A DNA stretch of 64,000 bases from Nannocystis bainbridge (GTDB lineage Bacteria > Myxococcota_A > Polyangia > Nannocystales > Nannocystaceae), in the NCBI RefSeq assembly GCF_028368995.1, contig NZ_JAQNDL010000003.1, forward strand, positions 896,001 to 960,000, given 5' to 3'. The position numbers and the translations under genes were made by a program. How positions within the stretch are numbered: position 1 is the first letter of the stretch; every line of letters starts with the position of its first letter. Under the pieces are notes generated by a model. It was not told where the DNA came from, did no database searches, and was given only the letters and a program-made list of their open reading frames with translations. Positions 60,756 through 64,000 of this stretch are shown here, in pieces.

Positions 60756-61967
60756 ATGGCCCATCGGTTCGGGGTCGGCGCGCTCGCCGGCCTGATGTTC
60801 CCGCTCTCCGCCGCGCCCGCGGCCCACGCCGCCAGCTTCGCCGCGCCCGAGCCGTGGCTCGACGACTTCGGGGTCGCCGCGGGCTGGCGCGTCGAGAGGC
60901 ACCCGCGGCTGCTGGGCGACGTCGACGGCGACGGGCGCGACGACATCGTCGGCTTCGGCGAGCAGGGCGTCCTGGTCGCGCTGTCGAACGGCGACCGCTT
61001 CGGCGAGCCGGAGCCGTGGGTCGACAACTACTCCTACAGCAACGGCTGGCGGGTCGACAAACACCCGCGCTTCCTCGTCGACATGAACGCCGACGACAGG
61101 GCCGACATCGTCGGCTTCGGCGCCGGCGGGGTGTTCGTGTCGCTGTCGACCGGCAGCGCGTTCCTCCCGCCCAAGCTGTGGATCGATCAATTCACGATCA
61201 CCCGCGGCTGGCGGATCGATCGTCACCCGCGCTTCCTCGCCGATGTCGACGCCGACGACCGCCCCGACATCGTCGGCTTCGGCAACGGCGGCGTGCACGT
61301 CGCCCGCTCGACCGGCGCCGCGTTCGAGCCGTCCGCGCTGTGGCTCGACGATCTCGGCTACGAGCAGGGCTGGCGGGTCGATCGCAACCCGCGGCAGGTC
61401 GCCGATGTCGATGCCGACGGTCGCGCCGACGTCATCGGCTTCGGCGACGACGGGGTGTTCGTCGCCCGCGCGGCCGACGATCGCTTCACCGCGGCAGCGC
61501 TGTGGCTGACCGACTTCGGCAACGACCAGGGCTGGCGCCCCGACCAGCACCTCCGCCTGCTCGGCGACGTCGACGGCGACGACCGGCCCGACATCGTCGG
61601 CTTCGGCGCGAGCAGCACCCTGCTGTCCTTCGCGCGCAGCGGCCGGTTCACCGGGGCGACGCGGGCCCTCGACGAATTCGCCCCGGCTCAGGGCTGGCAG
61701 CTCGATCGCCACCCGCGGCTGCTCGGCGACATCGACGGCGACGGGCGGATCGACATCGTCGGCTTCGGCCAGTCGGCGGTGATCGTCGCCCCTTCGAAGC
61801 AGAACGACTTTCACGCGCCGACGCCGGTCCTCGCCGAGTTCACTTACGACCAGGGCTGGCGCGTCGGCGTGCACGTGCGCACCCTCGCCGACGTCGACGG
61901 CGACGGCCGGCGCGACATCGTCGGCTTCGGCGACGCCGGCGTGCTCGTCGCGCTCGCCGCGGACTGA
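60756..61967 (+). CDS. Secreted seven-bladed FG-GAP/VCBS beta-propeller, PVL-type lectin-like
   Basis: RBS AGGAGG, signal peptide, and 7 repeats of GWR...HPR.L.DVDGD...DIVGFG..GV.V. Confidence 0.88.
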   Translation: MAHRFGVGALAGLMFPLSAAPAAHAASFAAPEPWLDDFGVAAGWRVERHPRLLGDVDGDGRDDIVGFGEQGVLVALSNGDRFGEPEPWVDNYSYSNGWRVDKHPRFLVDMNADDRADIVGFGAGGVFVSLSTGSAFLPPKLWIDQFTITRGWRIDRHPRFLADVDADDRPDIVGFGNGGVHVARSTGAAFEPSALWLDDLGYEQGWRVDRNPRQVADVDADGRADVIGFGDDGVFVARAADDRFTAAALWLTDFGNDQGWRPDQHLRLLGDVDGDDRPDIVGFGASSTLLSFARSGRFTGATRALDEFAPAQGWQLDRHPRLLGDIDGDGRIDIVGFGQSAVIVAPSKQNDFHAPTPVLAEFTYDQGWRVGVHVRTLADVDGDGRRDIVGFGDAGVLVALAAD

Positions 61968-61974
61968 ACCGCGC

Positions 61975-63855
61975 TCAGCCCTGCGACCACGCGATCAGCA
62001 GGTCGGCGAACTGGTCGACGAGGCTCGCCATGTCGGGCCCGAGCGAGTTGGTCTCCTCGTAGTGATTGCCCTCGGCCTCGTTGATCCACGGCATCGTCTC
62101 GGCCAGCTGGAAGTCGTACTCGGGGATGATGTAGCCGAGCTCGTCGTTGCCCAGGCCGATGATCCAGCGGTAGGTCAGGCCCATGCGATCCTCGAGGTAC
62201 GGCCCCTTCGGCGCCGCCTCGAGGTCCGGCGGGTTGACGTTCTCCGGCTTGATGAGCGGGACCCCGTCGGCCTTGATCTGCGAGCCGTCGTAGCCGCCGA
62301 GCGCCAGCTCGGGCAGCAGCTCGCCGGGCACCGTCAACATCTGGATCGGCCCCAGCTCGACCAGCGCCATCTCGGTCTCGATCTCCTCCTTGCCCGGCAT
62401 GTCGGCGTTGAACACCTCGCGCTCGAGCACCTCGATGTCGAAGAACAGCTTGAAGTTGGTGTTGCGGACCCCGGCGCGGAACCGCTTGGCCGCGAAGCGC
62501 AGCGCCGGCCCCGTGATCTCCTCGCCCATCGCCACCGCGTCGAGCGCCATCTCGCCGAGCATCTGCCCGACCGAGTCGGCCTTCTCGAAGCTGGCCGCCT
62601 GGTAGGTCTCGCCGTCGGGGTTCTCGACGTTGACGCCGAGCGTCGTCATCATCCCGCCGACGGCCCCGTTGATGTAGATCGCCGGCCCGCCGAGCCCGGG
62701 CTTGCCCGGCGCCGTCTGCCACTCCGAGCCGGTCTCGACCGTGCGCCGCAGCGCGTGCACGAAGTCCGAGGTCACCAGGAAGTTGTCGTTCGCCAGCGTC
62801 TCCGGGTGGCACGAGTAGTTGACGATCGTGGCGATCGGCACGCCCTCGGTGTCGACCAGGTGGGCCGCCGAGATGGTCTCGTCGACGACCCACGGGTCCC
62901 GTGAGTCGCGGATCAGGTTGGCCATGCCGCGCGGGTGATACGTCGAGACGTCGACCTCGCCGACCTTCATCGACGCGACCTCGCGCAAGTCTTCAAAGCT
63001 GTCGGTGATCGCCGCGGCGATGGTATCGCGGACCTGCTGGCGGTACGCCGGCGTGTAGCCCGAGGTGAACAGGTCGACGCCCCACAGCCCCATCGTGTCG
63101 GGCCCCTCGTGGTTGTGCGTCGCGTGCACGATCAGGTAGTCGAGGTCGACGCCCTGCTCCGCCAGCATCGCGCGGATCGCCTCGACGTCGTTGTTGAAGA
63201 GGCCGACGGTGTCGATCGCCACGATCGCCAGCGTCGACTCGCCCTGGCGAAACACCACCGCGCGGGCCCACAGACCGTCGCCCGCGCCGACCAGCCCGTG
63301 GCTCGCGTCGCGCACCCCGTAGGCCGGGCGGTCATGGCCGAACCCGGCCATGTAGAGCGGCTGCAGCTTGCCGTCGCCCTCGCCCTCGTCGGCCGCGACA
63401 TAACCAGGGTCGCCGGGGCACTTCTGGTCGCAGCCGCAGTCGAGCAGCATGTCGTCGGCCGGCTTCCACGTGTTGTCCATGTCGACGTCGACCCACTTCT
63501 CCCAGCAGTTCGGCACCAGCGACAGCACCGCCGCGCCGGCCTCGAGCGGCGCGCCCGGCTGAGCCGCGCAGCCGCCTTGCGGGCCGTCGGGACAGAATAG
63601 ATCGGGCGGGTCGGCTGGCGGATCGCCGGTCGTGCCGGCGGTCGGGTCGGGCTCACCCGTCGAAGTCGACGCCGTCGTATCGCTGGTCGTGGTCGGCGCG
63701 ACGGTCGAGGGCGCCGCGGTATCAGACGAATCGGTGGTGACCGGGGCCGTCGCGGCGGTCGCCGAGGCGTCGTCGCCGCCGGCGGCGGGGTCGAGGCAGC
63801 CGCCGAGAGCGAGGCTTGCGAGGGCGAGAATTCGGCTGCTTCCACGCGGTGTCAT
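61975..63855 (-). CDS. Lipoprotein: Thr-rich stalk plus neutral/alkaline ceramidase-like domain
   Basis: Lipobox LGGC, LWARAVV, HATHNHEGPDT, NYSCHPE, PGELLPE, NDELGY, YEET.SLG. Confidence 0.85.
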   Translation of the reverse strand: MTPRGSSRILALASLALGGCLDPAAGGDDASATAATAPVTTDSSDTAAPSTVAPTTTSDTTASTSTGEPDPTAGTTGDPPADPPDLFCPDGPQGGCAAQPGAPLEAGAAVLSLVPNCWEKWVDVDMDNTWKPADDMLLDCGCDQKCPGDPGYVAADEGEGDGKLQPLYMAGFGHDRPAYGVRDASHGLVGAGDGLWARAVVFRQGESTLAIVAIDTVGLFNNDVEAIRAMLAEQGVDLDYLIVHATHNHEGPDTMGLWGVDLFTSGYTPAYRQQVRDTIAAAITDSFEDLREVASMKVGEVDVSTYHPRGMANLIRDSRDPWVVDETISAAHLVDTEGVPIATIVNYSCHPETLANDNFLVTSDFVHALRRTVETGSEWQTAPGKPGLGGPAIYINGAVGGMMTTLGVNVENPDGETYQAASFEKADSVGQMLGEMALDAVAMGEEITGPALRFAAKRFRAGVRNTNFKLFFDIEVLEREVFNADMPGKEEIETEMALVELGPIQMLTVPGELLPELALGGYDGSQIKADGVPLIKPENVNPPDLEAAPKGPYLEDRMGLTYRWIIGLGNDELGYIIPEYDFQLAETMPWINEAEGNHYEETNSLGPDMASLVDQFADLLIAWSQG

Positions 63856-63922
63856 GGGCGCTCCAGAGCGATCGTCGCCAGGGTACAACAAGCGCGGGCG
63901 GCCGTGCTAAGGTCCGCGCCGC

Positions 63923-64000
63923 ATGGCGACGCGGCACTACGGCTACACCGACGTCGGCCGGGTGCGCAGCCGCAACGAGGACGCCTTCCTCGCCGACGCG
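63923..64000 (+). CDS. 3'-truncated PP2C-family phosphatase
   Basis: MATRHYGYTDVGRVRSRNEDAFLAD matches the PP2C N-terminal TDVG..R..NED motif. Confidence 0.8.
   Translation, partial: MATRHYGYTDVGRVRSRNEDAFLADA

Overview
High-GC bacterial chromosome segment, most likely from a Nannocystis-like myxobacterium. This is inferred from a MYXO-CTERM protein, many lipoproteins with Thr-rich stalks, Ser/Thr kinases and an FHA-sigma54 activator. About 50 genes are recognisable. Housekeeping genes are glycyl-tRNA synthetase-yggX, an MsbA-like ABC exporter, a PpiD/SurA-like chaperone, mreB-mreC-mreD-mrdA-rodA, crcB and sodC. Regulators are an AraC protein with a Rieske oxygenase, a BlaI/BlaR1-like pair with a perfect operator, and a kinase/FHA-EBP/PP2C cluster next to a sigma54-promoted 47-aa ORF. 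There is also an orphan DUF2235 (Tle1-like) lipase and many secreted proteins. I saw no rRNA, tRNA, CRISPR array or transposase. The most striking unexplained signal is non-coding: a dispersed family of arrays of a 10-bp palindrome (consensus RRRCATGYYY, e.g. GGACATGTCC) repeated at an exact 14-bp period. Seven arrays have 5-9 units and there are more than 10 shorter ones. They sit mostly just after stop codons but also in-frame inside genes. A related 11-mer, GAAGAGACAGG, encodes every Glu-Glu-Thr-Gly I found. A second, unrelated repeat field (GACTCGCAT core, 37-bp units) lies at 16.7-17.3 kb. All family assignments come from motif recognition by eye, not database searches.
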